Source of the DNA: an uncultured Bacteroidota bacterium
Lineage (GTDB): Bacteria; Bacteroidota; Ignavibacteria; UBA10030; UBA6906
Length of the DNA stretch: 64,000 nucleotides
NCBI GenBank assembly: GCA_963700635.1
Contig: CAVOYH010000005.1
Span: forward strand, 192,625 to 256,624
Direction: 5' to 3'
The notes beneath the pieces are model-generated. The model searched no databases. It had not been told where the DNA came from and saw only the letters and a program-made list of their open reading frames with translations. Shown one piece after another: positions 48,350 to 57,353 of the stretch. The position numbers were made by a program, and so were the translations under genes. Every line of letters starts with the position of its first letter. Position 1 is the first letter of the stretch.

Positions 48350-49150
48350 GTGCAGATCATTCTCCATACCAGACCGGAGCCGGCACTAGGCCGGCTCCCG
48401 GGGCGGGTTACGGTTACAACTCTCCTCGCCGCGTTGCTGCTTGCGGCGACGCCGGCACTCTCGCAGAGTGTTGTGATACCCCGTCTCACAGAATATGTTA
48501 CGGATCAGACGGGCACGCTTGCGCCTGAAATACGCCAGGAGCTGAGCGATTCTCTTGCGGCATTCGACAGGCAAACGTCCACCCAGATTGTTGTTGTGAT
48601 CCTCCCTACCATCGGCATCGAAGCGATAGAAGAGGTCAGTCTCAAGATCGTGGAGACCAACAACGTCGGAGGTAAAGGGAAAGATAACGGCGTGCTGCTG
48701 CTCGTCGTGCGGGACGACAAGCTGCTGCGGATCGAGGTGGGATACGGACTCGAAGGGGTCCTGACCGATGCCCTCTCTGCGCAGATCATCCGCCGTGAAA
48801 TCGTCCCGCGTTTTCGGAACGGTGACTATGCCGGCGGAATCGTTGCGGGTGTGAGCGCAATCAAACTCGCCACCCGGAACGAATACACCGCTGACCCCAG
48901 GGAGGACGGAAAGAAGGGTTTCCGATTCTCAACGCTTGTCGTGGTATTGATCATCCTCTTCATCGTTTCGCGGATGAAGTTCCGTTCATCAGGGATCGGT
49001 CGAGGCGGATTTCCGCCCGTCCCCCCATTCGGCGGCGGTTGGGGTGGAGGAGGCGGATTTGGCGGGGGCGGATTCGGGGGCTCCGGCGGCGGCGGGTTCA
49101 GCGGCGGTGGTGGTTCGTTCGGCGGCGGCGGCTCCAGCGGGAGCTGGTAG
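48350..49150 (+). CDS. TPM-domain (YgcG-like) membrane protein with a Gly-rich tail
   Basis: GTG start. 'VTDQTGTLAPEIRQELSDSLAAFDRQTSTQIVVVILP', 'GYGLEGVLTDA', a TM helix, then a GGGFGGGGFGGSGGGGF tail. Typical partner of LemA. Confidence 0.8.
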   Translation: MQIILHTRPEPALGRLPGRVTVTTLLAALLLAATPALSQSVVIPRLTEYVTDQTGTLAPEIRQELSDSLAAFDRQTSTQIVVVILPTIGIEAIEEVSLKIVETNNVGGKGKDNGVLLLVVRDDKLLRIEVGYGLEGVLTDALSAQIIRREIVPRFRNGDYAGGIVAGVSAIKLATRNEYTADPREDGKKGFRFSTLVVVLIILFIVSRMKFRSSGIGRGGFPPVPPFGGGWGGGGGFGGGGFGGSGGGGFSGGGGSFGGGGSSGSW

Positions 49151-49207
49151 GAGCTGCGACATCTGTTTCTTGAGTCTCTGCACTCATTCTGACACTTCAA
49201 TACGATC

Positions 49208-52200
49208 ATGACCTTTCCCTCTCTCGACTCAGTTCCGGCGGCGCTCTTCTCTACACGAAAACTCCTCGGATACACTCCCGCATTTGCTGAACGTTTTTTT
49301 CCCGATCCCACCGGGAAACCTCCTTCGCTCACCGTCAACACATTTCTCGGCGATACGAATGTGGGATTCACGCGGGAAATCAAGCAGCTGAAACCCGACA
49401 CGACGCTGGAACGGGAAGTGCGGATCTCCACCCCGAAGGGCGACCATACCTTTCGTGTCTCAGCCGGCGTGACCATGAGCGACAACGAGCGAAACGTGAC
49501 GCTCGTCCTTCAGGATGTGCATGCGTACGTAACGACCATCCGTGCGCTGGAGGAGTCTGAGTCCCGCGCACGGGTCCTCGTGGAGACCCGCGCGGCCGCC
49601 ATTGCGCTGATCCGCCGGGGCCAGTTTGTCCATGTCAACAGGGGATTTCTTGAACTCTTCGGCTACCTGCTCCGGGAAGATCTTGTCGGGAAAGATGTTA
49701 CCTCTGTTGTTGCCGGGCGGGAGAAAAAGAACATTGCCGACCTCCTGCAACGGCCGCTTACGGATGAGAGGCCGCCGGAGCGTTTTGAATACACCGGGGT
49801 GCGGAAGGACGGAACACGTATCTCTGTGCAGGTACTCGAGGAGCTGATCGAGCTGGAGGGGGATCCCACACTCCTCTGGTATCACGTGGACATCAGCCAT
49901 CTCCGGAGTGCGCAGCAGGACGTGATCCGCAGGCGGAAGGAAAACGAGATACTCGAGCATATCCTGGAGACACTGCACAAAACGGTGGATCGCGGGGAGC
50001 TGGTCTCGGGAAGCCTGCACGCTGCGCTTCGCTGGTTCAGTTATGAATCAGGCTGCGTGCTGACCGTCAACGCACCGCGCACGGAATTTGTGCTGGAGCA
50101 TCACGAGAATCTAAGTGAGCGGCTGCAGGATGCTCTGCGCGAACAGAATATGACCGAAGGGCTCACCGGATTCCTTGTGAAAACCATGGAGCCCATCAGA
50201 TTCCGGATCGATGAGTATCCACCCTACCTCCCGTACAGGGCGCTGTTTGAGTCGGAGGGTGTGCAGAGGATTGTGTGTTTGCCGCTCGGCGGTGCCGGGG
50301 GAGTTGTGGGGATTGTCCTGCTGTTTTCGCACAGGGTGGTGGAGCACGAAGACACACATGCGGAGTTTCTCCCCACCGTTGCCCGGCATCTGGGTTTTGC
50401 GCTGGACAAGGCCGTACAGCACCAGAGCACAGCGCACAACGCGAAGGCTTTTCAGAGGGCGCTCGAGTCAGTGAGTGATGTTGTCTACGAAATCACTCCG
50501 AACGGCATCTACCGGTACTGCAGTCCCGTGATCGAAAGTCTCACGGGATACAAAGTGCAGGAAGTCACGGCAACCGCTGACGCCTGGCGCGCGATGGTGC
50601 ATCCCGATGACCGGTCGCTTCTCTCACAGCGTATCTCGCGACAATCCGGGCAGGAACAGGAGTTCGTGCTTGAATACCGGATCCTTCCCAAAGGGAAAGC
50701 GGCGTACCGCTGGGTTCGCGACTCGGTTCGGTACCGGCGCGACAGTAATGGCGTTGTTGAAGCAATTCATGGACTCATCACCGATGTCACGGCCGCCAGG
50801 ACGGAAATGCTGGAACTCCGGCGGGCCGAGCAGGTCTTGCGCGGGATCGTGGACGCCATGGGGGATGCGTTGATGATGACCGACCTTGAGGGGAAAATCC
50901 TCGACGTCAACAATGCCTTTTCCATTCTGACCGGCTACAACCGATCCGAAGCGCTCGGCCAGGTCTTGCCGTATCCCTGGCTCCATGAAGAGCAGATGGC
51001 GACGTTCGTTCAGTGGCTGAATACCCTCCGGGAAACAAAGAAAGTCTCCGACTTTGATATGCGCTGGGTGCGGCGTGATGGCGCGGACATCGCCATCAGT
51101 CTCAGCACGACGTTACTCCGGAGTGAAACGGGCGAGCCGATCGCTATTCTGAATCTCGCGCGCGACATCAACGAGCGACAGCGGCAGGGGGAGCAGATCC
51201 GGCAGTCCAATCGGCAGCTGGCCCTGCTCAATGGAATCAGTCAGGGTCTGACGGGTGCCCTGGATACACAATCGGTCTTTGAAGTGCTTCACGCACAGAT
51301 GCTCGAACCGTTATCGTATGATCTGCTCAGCTATCACGAATATGATCCGGTTGCGAAGGTCTTGTTGCCGGTATTTGATGCCGGTCCGGACGGCGAGACA
51401 CTCTCCCGGATGTCCCGTGAACCTCTTCCACTGGCAGACTCCCCGAACCTCTCGGGTGTCGTCACGACACGGGAACCCTGGCAGGGGGAAGGGGACGATG
51501 GTAAACCTTCGATTCTGGTCCCCGTTGTCTCCAAAGATCATATTCTCGGGATCTTGCAGCTCATTCGTGAAGGCCAGGAACCCTTCGACGAGATGCACTT
51601 GCGGATCGTTGCGAGTATCGCTAACTTAGTCGCCATAGCGCTCGAACGCGTGGCGTCTCACGAAGAAACCGTCGCCAACGCCCGGGAAATCGCTTTCCGC
51701 AACGAAGAACTGGACCGGTTTGCGTACGTAGTCTCTCATGACCTGAAAGAACCGTTAATTACGATTAACGGATACACCCGGCTTGCGCTGGATGGGGGTG
51801 GAGCGCGGATGGGCGAGGAAGTCCGGCAGCATCTGGATTCGGTGATGAGGGCGAGTGTCCGGATGAAGCAGCTGATTGATGATCTGCTCACCCTCTCCCG
51901 TGTCGGCCGGCAACGGGGACAACCGGCGATTGTTTCCGTGGGACGGAACCTCGCGGAACTCGTGCATGATCTGCAGTACACGCTGCACGACCGGAATGCA
52001 AAAGTGGAATACCCGTCCGAGCTCCCGTCGGTTCGTTATGACCCGACGCATTTGAGCATGGTGTTCAGAAATCTGATCGTCAACGGCGTCAAGTACAATC
52101 AGAACGAAACCCGGTTCGTGCAGATCAGCGCGCGGAGGGTGGGACAGACGTGGGAGTTTTCAGTTGCTGATAACGGTATGGGCATTGAGGCGAGGGATGC

Positions 52201-52375
52201 TGAGAAGATTTTTATGATCTTCCAGCGCCTTGATCCGGCGGACGGTGCGGGGGGAACGGGTGCCGGGCTGACCATCGTCAAAAAGATTGTCGAGTCATAC
52301 GGGGGGGACATCAGGCTGGAGTCGATACCGGGGGAAGGCTCTACATTCACATTCACTATTCCTGACCATGGCTGA
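49208..52375 (+). CDS. Cytoplasmic multi-PAS/GAF sensor histidine kinase
   Basis: No TM helices seen. Several PAS-like blocks ('FEYTGVRKDGTRI', 'EYRILPKGKAAYRWV', 'DMRWVRRDGADI'). H-box 'FAYVVSHDLKEPL', N-box 'NLIVNGVKYN', G-boxes 'DNGMGI' and 'GTGAGLTIVKKIVE'. Confidence 0.85.
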   Translation: MTFPSLDSVPAALFSTRKLLGYTPAFAERFFPDPTGKPPSLTVNTFLGDTNVGFTREIKQLKPDTTLEREVRISTPKGDHTFRVSAGVTMSDNERNVTLVLQDVHAYVTTIRALEESESRARVLVETRAAAIALIRRGQFVHVNRGFLELFGYLLREDLVGKDVTSVVAGREKKNIADLLQRPLTDERPPERFEYTGVRKDGTRISVQVLEELIELEGDPTLLWYHVDISHLRSAQQDVIRRRKENEILEHILETLHKTVDRGELVSGSLHAALRWFSYESGCVLTVNAPRTEFVLEHHENLSERLQDALREQNMTEGLTGFLVKTMEPIRFRIDEYPPYLPYRALFESEGVQRIVCLPLGGAGGVVGIVLLFSHRVVEHEDTHAEFLPTVARHLGFALDKAVQHQSTAHNAKAFQRALESVSDVVYEITPNGIYRYCSPVIESLTGYKVQEVTATADAWRAMVHPDDRSLLSQRISRQSGQEQEFVLEYRILPKGKAAYRWVRDSVRYRRDSNGVVEAIHGLITDVTAARTEMLELRRAEQVLRGIVDAMGDALMMTDLEGKILDVNNAFSILTGYNRSEALGQVLPYPWLHEEQMATFVQWLNTLRETKKVSDFDMRWVRRDGADIAISLSTTLLRSETGEPIAILNLARDINERQRQGEQIRQSNRQLALLNGISQGLTGALDTQSVFEVLHAQMLEPLSYDLLSYHEYDPVAKVLLPVFDAGPDGETLSRMSREPLPLADSPNLSGVVTTREPWQGEGDDGKPSILVPVVSKDHILGILQLIREGQEPFDEMHLRIVASIANLVAIALERVASHEETVANAREIAFRNEELDRFAYVVSHDLKEPLITINGYTRLALDGGGARMGEEVRQHLDSVMRASVRMKQLIDDLLTLSRVGRQRGQPAIVSVGRNLAELVHDLQYTLHDRNAKVEYPSELPSVRYDPTHLSMVFRNLIVNGVKYNQNETRFVQISARRVGQTWEFSVADNGMGIEARDAEKIFMIFQRLDPADGAGGTGAGLTIVKKIVESYGGDIRLESIPGEGSTFTFTIPDHG

Positions 52376-53063
52376 TTCGGTTTCCGCACACATACTGCTT
52401 GTCGAAGACAACCACGACTTTGCAAACCTGGTGGATCTCTTCCTCAAGAAACATCATGCCGGAACATTTGAGGTTATCTGGCGTGGGGATGGGGCGAGTG
52501 CGATCAAGGAGCTCCAGACCAACCCTGCCATCAATCTTATCCTGATGGATTATTTCCTGCCGGGAAAGAACGGGCTGGAAGTCACGCAGGAAATCAGGGA
52601 GAAAGGGTTTACCGTTCCTGTGGTCTTTCTTACGGTGAACAAAGATTTTGATCTGGCCGTGGAAGTGCTCAAGCTGGGTGTCGAGGATTATCTTGTCAAA
52701 GAAGAGATATCGACGCCCGTCCTTCCGAAAACCATCCTGAATGTGATAGAACGGACAAAGCTCAAAGATCAGCTTACGGCGCTGGAGATCACGCAGAAGC
52801 GGCTGGAGACCATACAGGAGATCGTTCATCAGGTGACGGGAGAGATGCAGTCGCCCATTGAAGGCATGCGGGAGAACATCGAGGCCCTCCTCGGCGATCA
52901 CGAGGCGGATAACCTCCGCGCGTATCTTGTCATTATCCGGGACAATCTGATCCGGATAGAAAAGAAGATGTCCCGGTTACGGCATCTCAAAACAGACAAG
53001 ACCATCCCGTACATCCGGGACATCCGGATGCTCGATTTATCCGAAGAAAACCCGCCGGCATGA
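52368..53063 (+). CDS. Response-regulator receiver protein with a His-less DHp-like C-terminal helix
   Basis: The ATG at 52368 overlaps the kinase stop by 8 nt. REC motifs 'ILLVEDNHDF', 'LILMDYFLPGKNG', 'VVFLTV', 'DYLVKE'. The C-terminal 'IVHQVTGEMQSPIEGM' aligns to the kinase H-box 'FAYVVSHDLKEPLITI' with Gly in place of His. Confidence 0.7.
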   Translation: MADSVSAHILLVEDNHDFANLVDLFLKKHHAGTFEVIWRGDGASAIKELQTNPAINLILMDYFLPGKNGLEVTQEIREKGFTVPVVFLTVNKDFDLAVEVLKLGVEDYLVKEEISTPVLPKTILNVIERTKLKDQLTALEITQKRLETIQEIVHQVTGEMQSPIEGMRENIEALLGDHEADNLRAYLVIIRDNLIRIEKKMSRLRHLKTDKTIPYIRDIRMLDLSEENPPA

Positions 53064-53908
53064 ACGCCACCATTGCCCTCGCCCAGATTGACCCGGTACT
53101 GGGTGATCCGGAAAAGAACGTCGCCCTCCATTGTACCTACGCCGAACGCGCCCTGCAGGCCGGCGCAGAAATGGTCATCTTTCCGGAGCTGAGCCTGACG
53201 GGCTACACCATCAAGGATCTGAACTGGGAACTTGCTATCCGTCCGTCCGAGCCGCCTGCGGCCTACAAACCATTGCTGGAGATGAGCCGGAAGATCCCCG
53301 TCCTTGCCGGTGGTGTGGAGGAGGGAGAGCGGTTCGGGATATACAATTCGGCATTTCTGTTTGAAGACGGGCTTGTGCGTGTCGTACACCGGAAGACCTA
53401 TCCGCCGACCTACGGGATGTTTGAGGAGATGAGGTATTTCAGCAGGGGGCAGAGTGTGCGGGCGGTGGATACGAAGATCGGCCGGATCGGTGTGCTGGTC
53501 TGTGAGGATCTCTGGCACCTCTCGATGCCGTATCTTCTGGCCATGGATGGGGCCGCGGCCATCATCTCGCTCACCGCGAGTCCCACGCGGCTCGGCGGCG
53601 ACGGGGAGACGTTACGGGCCCAGAAGGTGAATGAAGAGAATCACAGAGCGTATGCGCGGTTGTTGTCCGTCTATCTGGTGTTCTGTAACCGCGTTGGTTT
53701 TGAGGATGGCGTGAATTTCTGGGGCGGATCAGCAGTCGTCACGCCCTCGGGGGATACCACTGTCTCGGCAAAATTGTTTGAGCAGGATCTTGTGACGGCC
53801 AGGCTGGATGAAAATGAAGTACGCAGGGCGCGCCGGTTTTCCAGGCACATGCTGGATGAAGATCCGGTGCTGGTGCAGCGGGAGCTGGCGCGGATTCTGA
53901 ATCGTTAG
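53060..53908 (+). CDS. Carbon-nitrogen hydrolase (nitrilase superfamily)
   Basis: Glu-Lys-Cys triad contexts 'FPELSLTGY', 'HRKTYPP' and 'VLVCEDLWH'. ATGA overlap with the upstream REC gene. Confidence 0.8.
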   Translation: MNATIALAQIDPVLGDPEKNVALHCTYAERALQAGAEMVIFPELSLTGYTIKDLNWELAIRPSEPPAAYKPLLEMSRKIPVLAGGVEEGERFGIYNSAFLFEDGLVRVVHRKTYPPTYGMFEEMRYFSRGQSVRAVDTKIGRIGVLVCEDLWHLSMPYLLAMDGAAAIISLTASPTRLGGDGETLRAQKVNEENHRAYARLLSVYLVFCNRVGFEDGVNFWGGSAVVTPSGDTTVSAKLFEQDLVTARLDENEVRRARRFSRHMLDEDPVLVQRELARILNR

Positions 53909-54606
53909 ATCCCCATAAACAGCCGGTGCGCGAGATAGTCGGGAAGGTGGGAGTTCAGGATTGCCTGTGCGGCGGCTTCGATATCATAATCCAGCCGCTT
54001 GATATCAAAAGTCTTTTGCCCCGTATCCAGCAAGCCGAATGATGCCCGCGGGTTGCCATCTCTTGCCTGCCCTACACTTCCCACATTGATAAGATAGCGG
54101 ATCCCCGGTTCGAACTGGTTCACGGAGCCGTTTTCTCCGACGATCACCGGGACGTGTGTATGGCCGATAAAGCAATAGGGGGTGCTAAATGCGGCGAAGC
54201 ACCGCTCGGCGTCGGGCCAGGCGAAGATATAGCGCCACCCCTGCGGGTTGAGGGGGGCGGCATGGGCGAGTGTGACACTATCCTGGACATGGATGAAGGG
54301 GAGTGAGCGAAGGAACGCGAGGTTTTCCTCCGTCAGCTGTTTTCGGGTCCAGCGTAAAGCACTTTCGCCGTAGTGGTTAAAGTGATCCAGCGAAAGCTCG
54401 TCAATAGCGCCGCTGTCGTGGTTCCCCCGCACGGTCGCGGTACACCGTTCCCGCACCAGCTCGATGCATTCGTTTGGGGAGGAGCCGTACCCGACAATAT
54501 CTCCCAAACAGAACACCTGATCGATGGCGAGTTGATCGATAACTTCGAACGTCCGCTCCAGGGCCTGCAGGTTGGAATGGATGTCGGATATGACGGCAAT
54601 CCGCAT
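53905..54606 (-). CDS. Metallophosphoesterase (YfcE/MJ0936-like)
   Basis: Start at ATG 54606 ('MRIAVISDIHSN'). 'CLGDIVGYG', 'RGNHD', 'IGHTHVP'. Confidence 0.8.
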   Translation of the reverse strand: MRIAVISDIHSNLQALERTFEVIDQLAIDQVFCLGDIVGYGSSPNECIELVRERCTATVRGNHDSGAIDELSLDHFNHYGESALRWTRKQLTEENLAFLRSLPFIHVQDSVTLAHAAPLNPQGWRYIFAWPDAERCFAAFSTPYCFIGHTHVPVIVGENGSVNQFEPGIRYLINVGSVGQARDGNPRASFGLLDTGQKTFDIKRLDYDIEAAAQAILNSHLPDYLAHRLFMGI

Positions 54607-54707
54607 GTTGTGTGTGATCTGTTCATAGGAATCTAAGAAAAGTTCTTGTATATACAAAGTACACGGTACATTCTGTCCGGTTCACTAATGAATCACCATT
54701 GCTTTTG

Positions 54708-54736
54708 TTGGTTTACGGGCTCCAGATTCGTATATT
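54708..54736 (+). promoter_or_regulatory. Sigma70-like promoter upstream of the CheY-like gene
   Basis: TTGGTT-17 nt-TATATT. Confidence 0.4.
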
Positions 54737-54763
54737 GTGGCATTGATTTGAGGAGCCCGTTGT

Positions 54764-55123
54764 ATGCCGAAAGTCCTGGTTATAGACGATGATGAGATTA
54801 CCCTCGCCTTGATGCACAATGTGCTGGAGGAGGAAGGGTACAGCATTTATTCCACGGCCGATGGGCCGCAGGGGATACAGATTTATAAAGAGCGGCAGCC
54901 CGACGTCGTGATACTGGATCTGGCGTTGCCGAGCATGAACGGGCTGGAGGTGCTGCGTAAGTTGAAGCGTCATGATCCGGATGCCAGGATCATTGTCGTC
55001 ACGGGGCACGGTTCGGAAGAATCGGCGAAGGTCGCGCTTCGGTATGGGGCGTGGGGGTACATAGAAAAGCCCGTTGATTTTGCGACCTTCCTGCATCAGA
55101 TCAGGACGGCGATACAAGATTAG
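54764..55123 (+). CDS. Single-domain response regulator (CheY-like)
   Basis: 'KVLVIDDDE', 'VILDLALPSMNG', 'IIVVTGHG', 'GYIEKP'. 119 aa with no output domain. Confidence 0.85.
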   Translation: MPKVLVIDDDEITLALMHNVLEEEGYSIYSTADGPQGIQIYKERQPDVVILDLALPSMNGLEVLRKLKRHDPDARIIVVTGHGSEESAKVALRYGAWGYIEKPVDFATFLHQIRTAIQD

Positions 55124-55278
55124 GTTTTTTTCTTGCGGTTTGCGGTGTGGTGTCGTACATTATGGATGAAATCGTAGTAAGAAGTGAGCGCTTTGAGAGG
55201 GAAGTTGTGGAAAGCCGGGAAGTAGCAAATTGACTAACGACTCGTACACCAGCCCCTCACTTTGCACAAAATGAGCGC

Positions 55279-55350
55279 GACCGCGTAGCTCAGGGGTAGA
55301 GCATCTGCCTTTTAAGCAGAGGGTCGGTGGTTCGAGCCCACCCGCGGTCA
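55279..55350 (+). tRNA. tRNA-Lys (anticodon UUU)
   Basis: GACCGCGTAGCTCAGGGGTAGAGCATCTGCCTTTTAAGCAGAGGGTCGGTGGTTCGAGCCCACCCGCGGTCA. Acceptor GACCGCG/CGCGGTC, anticodon loop CUUUUAA, T-loop TTCGAGC. Confidence 0.9.
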
Positions 55351-55608
55351 CAGGAAAACGGGGTAGAGAGAGGTAGGGGATGGGGGCGGGGAGATCAGGG
55401 GAGCTACAGCCGCGTTTCGCCTAACCTTCTGTAATAGTACACAAGGCCCACAAGCAGCCTGCTGACCATGAAGGCCGGGAACTACCACCCTCTGCATGTG
55501 CCACTATGCACACTCCTGTGAAGGAATTGGTGGAATAGTCTGAAATTGGTTGCTTTTTACGTTCCTTCTATGTAATTTTGCCAATGTCGCGTCACGCTGA
55601 AATTTGAT

Positions 55609-55691
55609 GCGGAAGTGGCGAAATTGGCAGACGCACCATCTTGAGGGGGTGGCGCCCACAAGGCATGCGGGTTCAAGTCCCGCCTTCCGCA
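55609..55691 (+). tRNA. tRNA-Leu (anticodon GAG)
   Basis: GCGGAAGTGGCGAAATTGGCAGACGCACCATCTTGAGGGGGTGG...GCGGGTTCAAGTCCCGCCTTCCGCA. Long variable arm, anticodon loop UUGAGGG. Confidence 0.85.
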
Positions 55692-55766
55692 CATGAATGT
55701 TATGCTCGTACTGACCGGCCAGCCGGATTGTCGGTCAGATGATTTGCAAAGAGGAGAGTCGAAAAC

Positions 55767-56168
55767 ATGAAGAGAAAGAGCGTCCTCATTGCACTGCTTG
55801 TTCTCTCTACGATCTCCATGGTTCTTGCCGGGGGGATCAAAGACGGAACACTGTCGGCCCAGAGTAACGGAACAAACATCATCGTGCGCTGGATGAGCGA
55901 GAGTGAGATTGATGTGCGCGGGTACCAGGTGGAACGCCGGGCCGGCACCGATGGTCCTTTTGTCCTCCTCACCACGCCATATATCCCCGCCAAAGGCGAC
56001 GGTGCTACCTATGAGTTTGTCGACAACGCCGCATACCGGGTGACCGACAATCTCTACCAGTACCGCATTACCGCCATCGGGAACAACGCTACCTACTATG
56101 TCACCGTGAACCACCGGGTGAGCGACGTCAGACGCACCTGGGGCAGTATCAAAGCGATGTTCCGGTAG
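55767..56168 (+). CDS. Small secreted FN3-like protein with an unusual C-terminal tail
   Basis: Signal MKRKSVLIALLVLSTISMVLAG. 'IIVRWMSESEIDVRGYQVERR...YEFVD...YQYRITAI' parallels the FN3-like domain of 20863..21870. Ends 'RRTWGSIKAMFR' rather than a T9SS CTD. Confidence 0.6.
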   Translation: MKRKSVLIALLVLSTISMVLAGGIKDGTLSAQSNGTNIIVRWMSESEIDVRGYQVERRAGTDGPFVLLTTPYIPAKGDGATYEFVDNAAYRVTDNLYQYRITAIGNNATYYVTVNHRVSDVRRTWGSIKAMFR

Positions 56169-56214
56169 GTAAGAGGGTGAACAGGCGAGGGCCTTTCTCC
56201 CTTCGAAAACCTGT

Positions 56215-56793
56215 ATGATGCTTCCCCGATCCCTGGTCCTTGCCTCACGCTCCCCGCGTCGTCTATCCCTCCTCACGCAGATCGGTCTTTCTCCCCGCGT
56301 GGTATCCTGTGACATTCCCGAAGACTTTGATGCTTCACTTTCACCCGCACAAAACGCGGAACAGCTTGCGCGCCAGAAGGCTGAATGTGTCGCCGGGAAT
56401 ATCAAAGAGGGGATCGTGCTCGGTGCCGATACCATCGTGGTGATCAACGGGCAGATCCTCGCAAAACCCGCGGATGCCGATGATGCTGTGCGCATGCTCA
56501 CGATGTTAAGCGGACAAACACATACCGTGTATACCGGTTTTGCGCTTATCGACAAACCATCCGGAAAGGTCCGCAGCGGTGTGGAAGAAACCCACGTCAC
56601 GTTCCGGAAGATTCCGAGATCGGAAATTGTTGAGTACGTTCAGGGCGGATCACCCCTGGACAAAGCGGGCGCCTATGGCATCCAGGATGACTATGGAGCG
56701 GTGTTTGTGACGCGCATTGAAGGATGCTACTACAATGTGGTGGGACTGCCGCTGGCGAGGGTGTTTAATGAGATAGGGCAGCTGACTGCATGA
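56215..56793 (+). CDS. maf: Maf-family nucleoside triphosphate pyrophosphatase
   Basis: 'LVLASRSPRRLSLL', 'GADTIVV', 'KAGAYGIQ', 'NVVGLPL'. Confidence 0.9.
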   Translation: MMLPRSLVLASRSPRRLSLLTQIGLSPRVVSCDIPEDFDASLSPAQNAEQLARQKAECVAGNIKEGIVLGADTIVVINGQILAKPADADDAVRMLTMLSGQTHTVYTGFALIDKPSGKVRSGVEETHVTFRKIPRSEIVEYVQGGSPLDKAGAYGIQDDYGAVFVTRIEGCYYNVVGLPLARVFNEIGQLTA

Positions 56794-56820
56794 GACCGTG
56801 ATTCACGACGAAGGAGACCC

Positions 56821-57237
56821 ATGAACACACCCATCCGTGTACTCATTGCAAAAGCAGGTTTGGATGGCCACGACCGCGGCGCCAAAGTTGTTGCCGCCGC
56901 GCTCCGTGATGCCGGAATGGAAGTGATCTATACTGGTTTGCGCAAGACTCCCGAAACGATTGTCGAAGCTGCCCTTCAGGAAGACGTAAACGCCATCGGG
57001 ATCAGCGTCCTGAGTGGTGCGCACATGACAGTCTTTCCGCGCATTCTGACTCTCGCCCGGGAACGGGGAATCGGCGATGTTCTCTTGTTCGGTGGTGGGA
57101 TAATCCCCGAAAGGGATATCGAGGCGCTCAAGAAGATGGGCGTTGGAGAATTGTTCACCCCCGGCGCACCAACCCAGGCCATCGTTGACTACGTCCGCGC
57201 CTGGGTGGAGGCGAAAGCTGCTGGCTCAAACCCATGA
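56821..57237 (+). CDS. Cobalamin-binding subunit of methylmalonyl-CoA mutase (stand-alone B12 domain)
   Basis: '[20 protein letters not shown]' (DxHxxG B12 motif), '[13 protein letters not shown]', 'GGGIIP'. 138 aa. Confidence 0.85.
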   Translation: MNTPIRVLIAKAGLDGHDRGAKVVAAALRDAGMEVIYTGLRKTPETIVEAALQEDVNAIGISVLSGAHMTVFPRILTLARERGIGDVLLFGGGIIPERDIEALKKMGVGELFTPGAPTQAIVDYVRAWVEAKAAGSNP

Positions 57238-57353
57238 TGGCCGGCACAGGAGAATTCCTCGCACAGGCCTTGCTCAGAACTCAGCCTGGCGCTTACAGCA
57301 CCGTGTGAGAAAGGAATCGCCTTCCCTGCAGCACGCTCCGTGCCTTTTACTTC

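Noticed and set aside
48990-49140. GGC/GGT-rich repetitive DNA
   Set aside because: It encodes the Gly-rich C-terminal tail common in YgcG/TPM proteins. It is a coding low-complexity region, not a repeat element or CRISPR.
53905-53908. Convergent genes whose stop codons interlock (TTAG: TAG on +, TAA on -)
   Set aside because: This is real but trivial, a consequence of tight packing. No regulatory implication can be supported.
55351-55608. Possible SRP/4.5S or other small RNA in the tRNA-tRNA spacer ('gcagcctgctgaccatgaaggccggg')
   Set aside because: The segment does not reproduce the conserved SRP domain IV sequence and structure (GGAA tetraloop helix with symmetric loop). Only the G4 tract is reported.
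55557-56600. 347-aa minus-strand ORF
   Set aside because: It runs across tRNA-Leu(GAG) and is antisense to the secreted-protein and maf genes, so it is not credible.
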